A stretch of 39,983 nt of DNA from a virus (IMGVR_UViG_3300017911_002256:1-39983), one strand, 5' to 3'. Shown: positions 1 to 7,394, numbered from the stretch's first letter. The notes: generated from the sequence alone by a model not told the origin. Numbers and translations: made by a program.

Positions 1-1167
1 GATAATGAATGGCATTTAGTTGTATGTACTGTTTCAAGTTTCACCGCTGACGATGTTCAGCTTGGTAGAAATGCCTCATCATACGGTAATATAAGACTTG
101 CAAATGTTAAATTCAATGACGGTGTTTTAGCAGAATACCCACTAGCCGAGGGCAGCAGTTCAACTGTTTACGATGTTAGTGGTAACGCTAACCACGGAAC
201 GATGACTAATTTCACTCTCGCAAATGCATGGGGAACTACTCAAAACGTTTATCACTACAATATTAATAACGGGCACTCTTTTGCCGCTAAATTTGACGGA
301 TTGGATGACCGGGTTGATTTTACGAGTGGGTTATCTTTCGCTTCAGGAGATGATTACGTAATAAGCTATCATGCTTTAGGTTTATCATCGAATGTCATTA
401 TTTTTGGCGATAGCGCAGGGACAGACAACTTTGTTTTCCACCGAAACGACTATATCAGAGTTAATGTTAATGGAACGAATTACGACTCAAAAACTGGGCT
501 AGGTTACGACACCTATGTTAACCCCTTTGTCACTATCGAAAGATCGGGTGCTAATATTACATTTTCTGTTTACGACAAAGAAGGTGGGACACTTCAGGAC
601 TCTGATACGATTGCCTACGTTGGGAGTGCTTTTGACATTAATCGAATAGGTGCCAGAATTGTCGATGACTCGTTAAATTTTGATGCTGCGCTAATAAGAG
701 CAAAAATTTCGATCGAAGGGACAACAGAGATTGATTATTATTTCTCAGAAGGACAGGGCACTACAATCGCCGACGAGTCGGGAAATTCAAATGATGGCAC
801 AGCGGTAAACATAACCGAAAGTAGTTTTTGGAGTCATCGAATACCTGCAACAAGCTCGACGCTAGACGCACTTGAGAGGACGTTAAGTCACCCAGCAGGC
901 AACTACCATAACAAGGCCGAAACTACGTATGCTTGCCCAGAAGCTCCAGCCTTAAGAGTAGCAGACGCAGCTAAAACAACACCACGTCTTTACAGTGGAG
1001 CAAACCCAGTTGAATTAAGTTACGATGATTTTGAAGAAGATTTTGACGATGAAGGGTTTTATTTCTCGGACGTTTCAACAGCGAATGAGTATAAAAACTT
1101 ACTAATTTTCGATGAAGAAAAAACTGGATCGGACTTAACAGACATACAAACATTTTTAAACCACTAA
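1..1167 (+). CDS. 5'-truncated LamG/ConA-like virion (receptor-binding) protein; alternative allele of the 3' end of 37083..39974
   Basis: Frame is open from base 1 (DNEWHLVVCTVSS..., identical to residues in the 963-aa ORF). Contains the LamG-type repeat FDGLDDRVDF...YYFSEGQGTTIADESGNSNDGT. The C-terminus (...DLTDIQTFLNH) is identical to that of the 963-aa ORF. Confidence 0.8.
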   Translation, partial: DNEWHLVVCTVSSFTADDVQLGRNASSYGNIRLANVKFNDGVLAEYPLAEGSSSTVYDVSGNANHGTMTNFTLANAWGTTQNVYHYNINNGHSFAAKFDGLDDRVDFTSGLSFASGDDYVISYHALGLSSNVIIFGDSAGTDNFVFHRNDYIRVNVNGTNYDSKTGLGYDTYVNPFVTIERSGANITFSVYDKEGGTLQDSDTIAYVGSAFDINRIGARIVDDSLNFDAALIRAKISIEGTTEIDYYFSEGQGTTIADESGNSNDGTAVNITESSFWSHRIPATSSTLDALERTLSHPAGNYHNKAETTYACPEAPALRVADAAKTTPRLYSGANPVELSYDDFEEDFDDEGFYFSDVSTANEYKNLLIFDEEKTGSDLTDIQTFLNH

Positions 1168-1176
1168 GAGGTATAC
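1..1176 (+). repeat. Imperfect terminal direct repeat, copy A (pairs with 38802..39983)
   Basis: 1-59 = 38802-38860 exactly; 1037-1176 = 39844-39983 exactly (140 nt). Patchy, mostly synonymous divergence over 60-273 and ~880-1036; core ~274-837 is non-homologous. Confidence 0.95.
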
Positions 1177-1659
1177 ATGTTAGTTGAAATAAAAATAGAC
1201 ATTAACAAACTCAACCCACTCCACGCAGACTACGACAACACCTTGTTTGGACTGTGTCAACAAGCTGTAATAAGTGGAGCGACAACAACTTATAAAGACG
1301 GGTATGTTACTTACAAAATTTATTCAGCAAATCTTTCAATGGGGATTGCTCAATCAATTGTAGGGTTAGGAGCTGAAGTTAATAAAATGCCATTCTTTAT
1401 AAAGGTTAGCTCAACAAGTGCAAATGTACCTGTTGGAATTCCTAATAGAGAATACCAAAGTGAAGCTGGTGATCCAGTAGTTCATACCTGGGAGAGCTGG
1501 AAGCGTGATAACTTTGACTTTCACACTTTAACCGATGGAAACACCTATATTGCAGCGGAAGCAAATACTGGTGATGTTGTTAAGTTAAATGATTTCATGA
1601 GCGAAGCATCCAACCTAATCGACACAATGACTTTTAAAAGTCTTCAGCCTACTGAATAA
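1177..1659 (+). CDS. hypothetical protein (possibly tail-associated or a fibre chaperone)
   Basis: 160-aa ORF with an AAGAGG RBS directly after the LamG gene; no recognised motif. Confidence 0.6.
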   Translation: MLVEIKIDINKLNPLHADYDNTLFGLCQQAVISGATTTYKDGYVTYKIYSANLSMGIAQSIVGLGAEVNKMPFFIKVSSTSANVPVGIPNREYQSEAGDPVVHTWESWKRDNFDFHTLTDGNTYIAAEANTGDVVKLNDFMSEASNLIDTMTFKSLQPTE

Positions 1660-1925
1660 TGTTTAAGCATTATTGTGGGGCTGACTATTTTCCTAAATGG
1701 TTAAGGCGCTTATTGAGCTTCCCTCTAAACGAGGCTTGTCGGCTCCATGATAGATTCTACGAGAAGAAAAACTACTCTAAAGTTAAAGCAGATTTAATAT
1801 TCTTCCAGTGCTGCCTTAAATTATCTTTGCTAAACTTAATCAAAGGATTGATTGGTTTAGTGGTAACTCCTTTATATTTTTTGGCAGTCTTATTGTTTGG
1901 GAAAAGATCATGGAAGAACTATTAA
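1659..1925 (+). CDS. small PLA2-like/DUF1353-like protein with hydrophobic C-terminus
   Basis: YCG...ACRLHDRFY...ADLIF matches the secretory/parvoviral PLA2-type C-x-x-H-D-x-x-Y pattern; C-terminal hydrophobic stretch LIGLVVTPLYFLAVLLFG; TAATG coupling to the upstream gene. Confidence 0.55.
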   Translation: MFKHYCGADYFPKWLRRLLSFPLNEACRLHDRFYEKKNYSKVKADLIFFQCCLKLSLLNLIKGLIGLVVTPLYFLAVLLFGKRSWKNY

Positions 1926-2455
1926 TAATAACCCACCTAGCTTGCGTCTTTACAATTGTGTACCGGACTAAAAAAAAGACCTTCAATAAATCTTGCGGTG
2001 GATGTGTAAATTATGCGCCACACGGAGGTATAAGTAACCTTGATAGAATAGAAGAGTTAACAGAAATATTGCTTGAGGATTTCAGCTCTTTCAATAAAGA
2101 AGATCTTATTCAATTACTCGACCTCTCTACTAAGGGTTGGTGGTACTGGAATATCGAAACAGGTTACGACTATTTGTCTAAAGGTTGGTGTGAACAGCTT
2201 GGGTACTCACAACATGATCTTCCTCATCATGTTGATACATGGTTTGAAGTGATGCATCCTGAAGATAGGGACAAAGCTAGCCATGCAATGAATAAGCACT
2301 TATTAACAGGTGAACCGTATGAGTTAGTCGCTAGATATAAGCACAAAGATGGGCACTACGTCACTTTGAGGGATATCGGAAAAGTGATAAAATATAAGCA
2401 AGGAAAACCTTTTATCATGATCGGGCATGAAACGGAGATTGATAATGGAAGATAA
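1910..2455 (+). CDS. stand-alone PAS (PAS_3/PAC) domain protein with N-terminal hydrophobic anchor
   Basis: GWWYWNIETG..YLSKGWCEQLGY...WFEVMHPEDRD...PYELVARYKHKDGHYV...GKV...MIG is a typical PAS_3-PAC signature; no output domain follows. Confidence 0.85.
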   Translation: MEELLIITHLACVFTIVYRTKKKTFNKSCGGCVNYAPHGGISNLDRIEELTEILLEDFSSFNKEDLIQLLDLSTKGWWYWNIETGYDYLSKGWCEQLGYSQHDLPHHVDTWFEVMHPEDRDKASHAMNKHLLTGEPYELVARYKHKDGHYVTLRDIGKVIKYKQGKPFIMIGHETEIDNGR

Positions 2456-2651
2456 CTCATGGAAAGAGTGGAGCCGTTACGTGCTTGAGGAGCTTAAAAG
2501 ACTAAATAGCAAAATGGAAAATATGGAGAAAGAACTTCATGAAATCAAAGTTGAAGTTAACACACTTAAAACAAAAGCCGCTATGTGGGGAACACTTGCC
2601 GGCGTAGTTGTAACAGTCTTAGGATATATCCTAAGTTATCTACAAAAATAG
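2445..2651 (+). CDS. coiled-coil plus C-terminal TM protein (XhlA/holin-like)
   Basis: Heptad coiled coil followed by AAMWGTLAGVVVTVLGYILSYL; GGAG RBS before ATG 2445; located in the lysis region. Confidence 0.6.
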   Translation: MEDNSWKEWSRYVLEELKRLNSKMENMEKELHEIKVEVNTLKTKAAMWGTLAGVVVTVLGYILSYLQK

Positions 2652-2660
2652 GAGAGTAAA

Positions 2661-2855
2661 ATGGATTACAAAGATGAATTAAAAGCAATCGGGCTAGATG
2701 TAACTGAAAAGATCATCATTAAAGTTTTAATTCCTTTCTTAGAGCAGAAAGTTAAAGATTCAAGCAACGTAATTGATGATGCAATTCTTGAAGCACTTAA
2801 GCCTGCTTTAATTGAATTTGTCGATAAATTAGATGGCGAAGAAGATGTTAAATAA
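2661..2855 (+). CDS. small hypothetical lysis-region protein
   Basis: AGGAG RBS; 64 aa; the SSNVIDDAIL pattern resembles small phage proteins found near lysis genes. Confidence 0.55.
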   Translation: MDYKDELKAIGLDVTEKIIIKVLIPFLEQKVKDSSNVIDDAILEALKPALIEFVDKLDGEEDVK

Positions 2856-3033
2856 GATCATAGAGCTGCTTTCTAAGTGGCTCGTCATTCCTTTAATTAT
2901 GGAATGGATTAAGCAGTTCCAAGAAAAGAGACGCCTTAAAAAAGAACACAAAGAAATCGATAAGCAACACGCAAGGAAGCATGATGAGTTTAAAGACAAT
3001 CGCACTAAAGATACTTTTAATAATCTTCCTTAA
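2833..3033 (+). CDS. putative i-spanin (Rz-like)
   Basis: N-terminal hydrophobic segment followed by a charged coiled coil; overlaps a lipoprotein gene. Confidence 0.45.
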   Translation: MAKKMLNKIIELLSKWLVIPLIMEWIKQFQEKRRLKKEHKEIDKQHARKHDEFKDNRTKDTFNNLP

Positions 3034-3280
3034 TGGATGCCAGTCACCAGCTAAGAAACTAAAACTAGTAACTCTTCAATGTGCTATTGTTGTTGAAGAC
3101 GATGGTTCAGCAATTTGTATGTGCCGTGATTATAAATTTAGTTACGAGTACATTGGGGCAACATCAAAACCTTATCCCGAATCTATGGAGTTATGTGAAC
3201 AAATGGTTGGTTACCCAGAGTACGACAAAGTAAGTGCTTTTAATGAGAAAGTATGGAGAGCAATCAGAAATGCAAAATAA
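2981..3280 (+). CDS. lipoprotein, putative o-spanin (Rz1-like)
   Basis: Signal peptide with lipobox-like ILLIIFLNG-C; Cys-rich; overlaps the upstream gene and sits directly before the endolysin. Confidence 0.55.
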   Translation: MMSLKTIALKILLIIFLNGCQSPAKKLKLVTLQCAIVVEDDGSAICMCRDYKFSYEYIGATSKPYPESMELCEQMVGYPEYDKVSAFNEKVWRAIRNAK

Positions 3281-3698
3281 ACAACAGAGTTTAAGGTTCA
3301 AACACAAAAGAGATGAAGAGATGTTCTATAGCCTACACCCTTTATTATGCGGCATTGTTTTTGACATTGCTTATTTTTGCATTCCTTATAATTACACACC
3401 AACAGTTACTGCTACTTTATCCGATATTGAAAAGGATCGTGCCTTAGGAAGAAAGTCAAGTACTCACCGGGAAGGGAGAGCAGTTGACCTAAGAACTCGG
3501 GATATGCCCACTTTGTTAAGAAAAAACCTGATAGAATATTTAACAAAAAAATATGACTCTATTGCCGCCGCGAATAAGATTGGCTTAAAACGCCTAGTAG
3601 TCGATGAGGGAGACCATTTGCATATTCAGATCCATAAAAAATACGCAAAACCAGCATTTGTTAGCTTGTCCTGCGTATTTCCTAAAAGCCCTAAGTAG
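3270..3698 (+). CDS. endolysin, peptidase M15 family
   Basis: SSTHREGRAVDLR...DHLHIQ gives the H-x6-D and H-x-H zinc ligands of M15 peptidases; probable start is ATG 3270. Confidence 0.75.
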   Translation: MQNKQQSLRFKHKRDEEMFYSLHPLLCGIVFDIAYFCIPYNYTPTVTATLSDIEKDRALGRKSSTHREGRAVDLRTRDMPTLLRKNLIEYLTKKYDSIAAANKIGLKRLVVDEGDHLHIQIHKKYAKPAFVSLSCVFPKSPK

Positions 3699-3754
3699 GT
3701 TAAGATTAACCTATGCTTGCAAACGGATTTGCTTCATTTGTCAAAACTCCTTGT

Positions 3755-3782
3755 GGCGGTTTGCTTGAATGAGTAAACCGTC
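3755..3782 (+). other. RNA hairpin downstream of the lysis cassette (terminator or sRNA element)
   Basis: GGCGGTTTGCTT-GAAT-GAGTAAACCGTC; the stem needs G-U pairs, so it folds on the + strand; no U-tract follows. Confidence 0.45.
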
Positions 3783-3933
3783 CTCAAAAAAGAGTAACAA
3801 CAATACTACTCAATCTATCCAGCGTTTACAAGATCAATTAGTTTTAGCTCAGCATGAAGGCAACACAAAGAAAGCCAAGATGATTAAAATAATCATAAAG
3901 AGGTTGGAACACCTGAGAGATCATGGATGGTAA
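3769..3933 (+). CDS. small 54-aa basic protein absent from the ORF track
   Basis: MSKPSSKKSNNNTTQSIQRLQDQLVLAQHEGNTKKAKMIKIIIKRLEHLRDHGW*; fills the gap between convergent modules and overlaps the rusA 3' end by 41 nt. Confidence 0.4.
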   Translation: MSKPSSKKSNNNTTQSIQRLQDQLVLAQHEGNTKKAKMIKIIIKRLEHLRDHGW

Positions 3934-4312
3934 TCTCGCATCGAGGATTTTCCTTATCAACAACCCCAGCGGTATAGAGTGAGTATGTAATAATATCGTC
4001 ATTATCATCTGGTATACAACCAGCCTCAACCATAGCATCACTGAAAAACTTCTCCACTATACACAAGAAATTACTTTTATCACTAATACGATTAGAACCT
4101 TTATAAAGTTTAAACTCAAGTCCTATCTTCCCCGGAAATGTCACACCTTCAAGAAGCGGTATCATAAGTTCATGATACTTCTTCTTAAGATTTGCATTAA
4201 CCCGGTAGTGGTTATTTCGGTATTGGTTAAGATTAAGAGAATAGTTTTTAGCCTTAGCGGTCTTACCTAGTTTTAAATATATAGGGCTAACTATCCTAAA
4301 AGGTTTAGTCAT
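3893..4312 (-). CDS. rusA: RusA-like Holliday junction resolvase
   Basis: D-x-x-N...K...DAMVEAGCIPDDN...ENPRCEITI is the RusA signature. Confidence 0.8.
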   Translation of the reverse strand: MTKPFRIVSPIYLKLGKTAKAKNYSLNLNQYRNNHYRVNANLKKKYHELMIPLLEGVTFPGKIGLEFKLYKGSNRISDKSNFLCIVEKFFSDAMVEAGCIPDDNDDIITYSLYTAGVVDKENPRCEITIHDLSGVPTSL

Positions 4313-4839
4313 AACTCTAATACTTTTATGATCTCTTCAGCCCAAGGACGGCAAGTGATATAGGGTTGGTCTAAGTCATCCAACATATCTTTAACAGCGG
4401 CATCGACTAACTTAGCTACATGAACAGTCTCAAATCTACCTTTCTCATGGAACTTAAAAAGATCCACTCTCTCAAGTAAAACATTAATATGCTCAACACC
4501 ACACTTAGAAGCGTTAGCAAGATCAAACATAACTTGATAAGTGATAGGATCATTTTCCAGATAAAACTTCTGATATACCGCCGATAAGATTAAAGGACTT
4601 TCCGTGATAACATATTCAAACTTACCGTAAAGTGCGGACTCTCTTTTGAGTTGTTGTCCATAAAGTATCGCTTGCCCAAACACTCCAACAGGTTTTTGTA
4701 TGTTCGCCCACTCCTTAGCGTACTCAGCTACAAATTCAACATCACAGCCCTTACGTTTAAGATAGACAAATATCTCACTAGCTACAGTGCTTTTACCAAT
4801 TCCGGAGCCTCCGAGTATATTAATTACTTTGGTTTTCAT
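4309..4839 (-). CDS. P-loop NTPase, NadR/AAA_28-like nucleotide kinase
   Basis: VINILGGSGIGKST Walker A; EYAKEW and ITESPL motifs. Confidence 0.7.
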   Translation of the reverse strand: MKTKVINILGGSGIGKSTVASEIFVYLKRKGCDVEFVAEYAKEWANIQKPVGVFGQAILYGQQLKRESALYGKFEYVITESPLILSAVYQKFYLENDPITYQVMFDLANASKCGVEHINVLLERVDLFKFHEKGRFETVHVAKLVDAAVKDMLDDLDQPYITCRPWAEEIIKVLEL

Positions 4840-4848
4840 TGTTGAATT

Positions 4849-5067
4849 CTACTTTTTCGGAAAAGGTATCTCAAGACAGAAAACCATTCTTTCTTCAACA
4901 TCTTCTTCAGAAGTTACAAGTCTAACTTTAGCAAAGTGCTTGTAATGTCTTGTAGTACTTAGTGTGTATTCAATAAATGTGGCTTCTTCTTTAGGGTGAA
5001 CACCAAGCATTCTTTGACAATAAAACATTTGCTCCGGGGAAAGTTTACACTTATCCCCACGTTTCAT
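4849..5067 (-). CDS. hypothetical protein
   Basis: 72-aa ORF with an ATGA overlap with the upstream gene. Confidence 0.55.
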   Translation of the reverse strand: MKRGDKCKLSPEQMFYCQRMLGVHPKEEATFIEYTLSTTRHYKHFAKVRLVTSEEDVEERMVFCLEIPFPKK

Positions 5068-5633
5068 GCATCAACCCAACGGCATTTCTTGAAGATCCAC
5101 CAACCAGTACAGACTTTAACTTTCTGTGGTTTAGGTTGTGGGAAGAGATAATCATAGCACTTCTCATAAATCTCATTCATCTTATAGGGTACAGAATGTG
5201 ATCTTCTCTTAGTTCTTTTAAAGTCGTGTTTGTAACCTAACTTATGGGAGTATTCATGGAGAATGTTTGAGCCAATCAACTTAGTGGATCTCTTATCAAA
5301 ATATCTAGTGTTAACGAAGATTGTCTTTATACTCGGATAGGTATATCCGATAACTCTCTTCCTACTGAAGTAATCATCAACATAAATATCTAATTCATGA
5401 TCAACTTCGGGGCTTAGAGTTTCAGATCCTCTCATAAACCTTTGATATATCTGCTCAGGTATATCTGTTTTAAAAGCACTAGTCTCACCATGGATGCTTC
5501 CGATGTTGAGTACAGCTTGGCGGAACACATCAGAGTTTATAATCTCTTCCATCTCCTCTCGAACTATATTCAACTTATCTAGTCGGAAATTTGATTCAAT
5601 TTTGGATGCGTCTATTTTGACCTTTATTCTCAT
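5064..5633 (-). CDS. HExxH zinc-metallopeptidase-like protein
   Basis: VIGYTYP...NILHEYSHKLGYKH (HExxHxxGxxH metzincin-type motif)...SVPY. Confidence 0.65.
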   Translation of the reverse strand: MRIKVKIDASKIESNFRLDKLNIVREEMEEIINSDVFRQAVLNIGSIHGETSAFKTDIPEQIYQRFMRGSETLSPEVDHELDIYVDDYFSRKRVIGYTYPSIKTIFVNTRYFDKRSTKLIGSNILHEYSHKLGYKHDFKRTKRRSHSVPYKMNEIYEKCYDYLFPQPKPQKVKVCTGWWIFKKCRWVDA

Positions 5634-5662
5634 ATACTCATATTTTCAGACACAACAGGATT

Positions 5663-5692
5663 AGACAATTCTAAAATATCATTGAGATAATA
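5663..5692 (+). promoter_or_regulatory. putative sigma70 promoter for the 5718-6774 cassette
   Basis: TAGACA-N18-GATAAT-like arrangement in the divergent intergenic gap; coordinates approximate. Confidence 0.35.
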
Positions 5693-5717
5693 AATAAAAA
5701 GCAAAAGGATTTGCGAT

Positions 5718-6074
5718 ATGTATCTTCAATCTCTGACCATTAAGGGCAAGAAATACAAAGTTTACAGGAAGGACATCGAGGGTCACGTTCTCGGCTACTG
5801 TGATAAATACTCCAAGAAAATAGTCATCAATAAATTAACACCGCAAGATAAGATAGTAACAACTTTGGCTCATGAGATGGCACACGCTTATATCCATGAA
5901 TGCTACTTAGATCAAACCTTAGACGCTACTCAAGAAGAAATCATCTGTGAAATAGTGGCGGACTTAGTTGAAAACTATGTTGATTTCCTATCTGATCTTA
6001 AGACTATGGCGGATGAGGAGCCTCATGAAAATAAAGACAGCATTGTTGCTCGGAGATATACACTTCGACGCTGA
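5718..6074 (+). CDS. small HExxH metallopeptidase (ImmA/IrrE/SprT-like zincin)
   Basis: LGYCD...IVIN...TTLAHEMAHA...EEIICE; AAAAGGA RBS. Confidence 0.7.
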   Translation: MYLQSLTIKGKKYKVYRKDIEGHVLGYCDKYSKKIVINKLTPQDKIVTTLAHEMAHAYIHECYLDQTLDATQEEIICEIVADLVENYVDFLSDLKTMADEEPHENKDSIVARRYTLRR

Positions 6075-6774
6075 AGATAAGAACCTTTTAAAGAAGACAT
6101 TTGAAATAGCTAAAGCGGAAAAGGTAGAACATATCTACTTTCTCGGGGATGTGTTAGACGCCTATGCGTTGAGTAGTCATGAAAAGCACCCTAATATTAA
6201 GACAACATTTCAATATGAGATCGACTACACTAAAGAGCAGTTTAGTAAGCTAAGAAAAATGTTCCCTAAGGCGAAGATTACCATCATATTCGGCAACCAT
6301 TGTGCCAGAATTTATAAATATATGGTGAAGAATTGTCCTGAGCTTTATGGTTTCCTTCGTATTGAAGAGTTATTAGAGCTTAAAGAGTTCGGTATTAAAT
6401 GGGTGCCTTTTAACAACAAGCAAGGTGTGGAGATACTGAACACTGATTTGATCGGTCGTCATGTTCCGTACTCCCAAGGACAGAATCATGCACAAGCTTC
6501 CCTAAGAAAAGGGTTACATAGTCTAGTATATGCACACGTTCACACCTATTCTTATGCAATACATGTTAAAAGAAATGGTGAATTGTTAAGAAGTTTCTGT
6601 AACATGTGCTTAGTAGATGTAAACAATCCTAAGTTCAATTACGTAAGTAACTTTCCGAATTGGGTTCAAGGTTTCACATTGATCCACGCCGATAGGAATG
6701 GATCATGGTTTGATGAGAAAGCTATGGTGGTTGACGGTCACTTAAGGTTTAGAAATAAAGCTATAAAGATTTAG
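6025..6774 (+). CDS. calcineurin-like metallophosphoesterase
   Basis: GDIH, GDVLD, GNH, H and AHVH motifs; GAGGAG RBS before ATG 6025. Confidence 0.85.
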   Translation: MKIKTALLLGDIHFDAEDKNLLKKTFEIAKAEKVEHIYFLGDVLDAYALSSHEKHPNIKTTFQYEIDYTKEQFSKLRKMFPKAKITIIFGNHCARIYKYMVKNCPELYGFLRIEELLELKEFGIKWVPFNNKQGVEILNTDLIGRHVPYSQGQNHAQASLRKGLHSLVYAHVHTYSYAIHVKRNGELLRSFCNMCLVDVNNPKFNYVSNFPNWVQGFTLIHADRNGSWFDEKAMVVDGHLRFRNKAIKI

Positions 6775-6958
6775 CTGATCTTCTCCAAGTATCAAGTTCG
6801 TGCTCTAATCTGTCTATCTTCTCATTAGCTTTAACGAGATTATTACTCATCTCAATACCTTCATCCAAAGCGCAATCGTACTTTCTACGTAGCTCTTCAT
6901 TCTCTCTAGCCATTTTACATATAGCTTTTACAAATCTATCAAATGTTTCTTCACGCAT
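6761..6958 (-). CDS. hypothetical coiled-coil protein
   Basis: 65-aa ORF in a tightly packed - strand run. Confidence 0.55.
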   Translation of the reverse strand: MREETFDRFVKAICKMARENEELRRKYDCALDEGIEMSNNLVKANEKIDRLEHELDTWRRSAKSL

Positions 6959-7178
6959 CTAAAAACCCTAACCTCTTTTCTTTATCTCTAACATGCATAT
7001 TCATACCCTTCATCTTAACGATAAAAGTCGTATTAAACTCATCACTTATCTCTAGAGTATAAACACCTTTAGCTTCCTTTACCACTCTCGCCTGTTCTCT
7101 CGCCATAATACCTAACTCTCTTTGAAGTTTTCGTATCTGATCAGTGGAGAGTGCTATCGTCTTCGGTAATATACTCAT
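6951..7178 (-). CDS. hypothetical protein
   Basis: 75 aa; GAGG RBS upstream; overlaps its neighbours. Confidence 0.6.
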   Translation of the reverse strand: MSILPKTIALSTDQIRKLQRELGIMAREQARVVKEAKGVYTLEISDEFNTTFIVKMKGMNMHVRDKEKRLGFLDA

Positions 7179-7323
7179 ACTCTACCTCTTGCGGAGTTAA
7201 ATAATTCTCATGTAATTTATTTAGTTGATTAAGCGCCCACACTTTCAACTCAGCATTCTCAGACTTATGCAGTAAAAGATGCAACCTTTGCAATTCTGAA
7301 TTTATTAAATCCCAATCGTTCAT
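7141..7323 (-). CDS. hypothetical protein
   Basis: Probable start MNDWDL at 7323 after GAAAGGAA; the longer ORF runs to 7398. Confidence 0.5.
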   Translation of the reverse strand: MNDWDLINSELQRLHLLLHKSENAELKVWALNQLNKLHENYLTPQEVEYEYITEDDSTLH

Positions 7324-7394
7324 TTCATTCCTTTCAAAAATAAAATAGTTATATATAGATAAGCACCAAGTAAACGGCGGCGATAATAACCCAA

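Noticed and set aside
202-1167. Independent 321-aa gene starting at ATG 202
   Set aside because: The frame is open back to base 1 and the same Met is internal in the 963-aa paralogue.
1-1176. Diversity-generating retroelement (TR/VR pair), suggested by the BPP-1-like virion genes and a repeated fibre 3' end
   Set aside because: No reverse transcriptase or Avd gene; differences are not adenine-specific and are mostly synonymous; the terminal 140 nt are identical.
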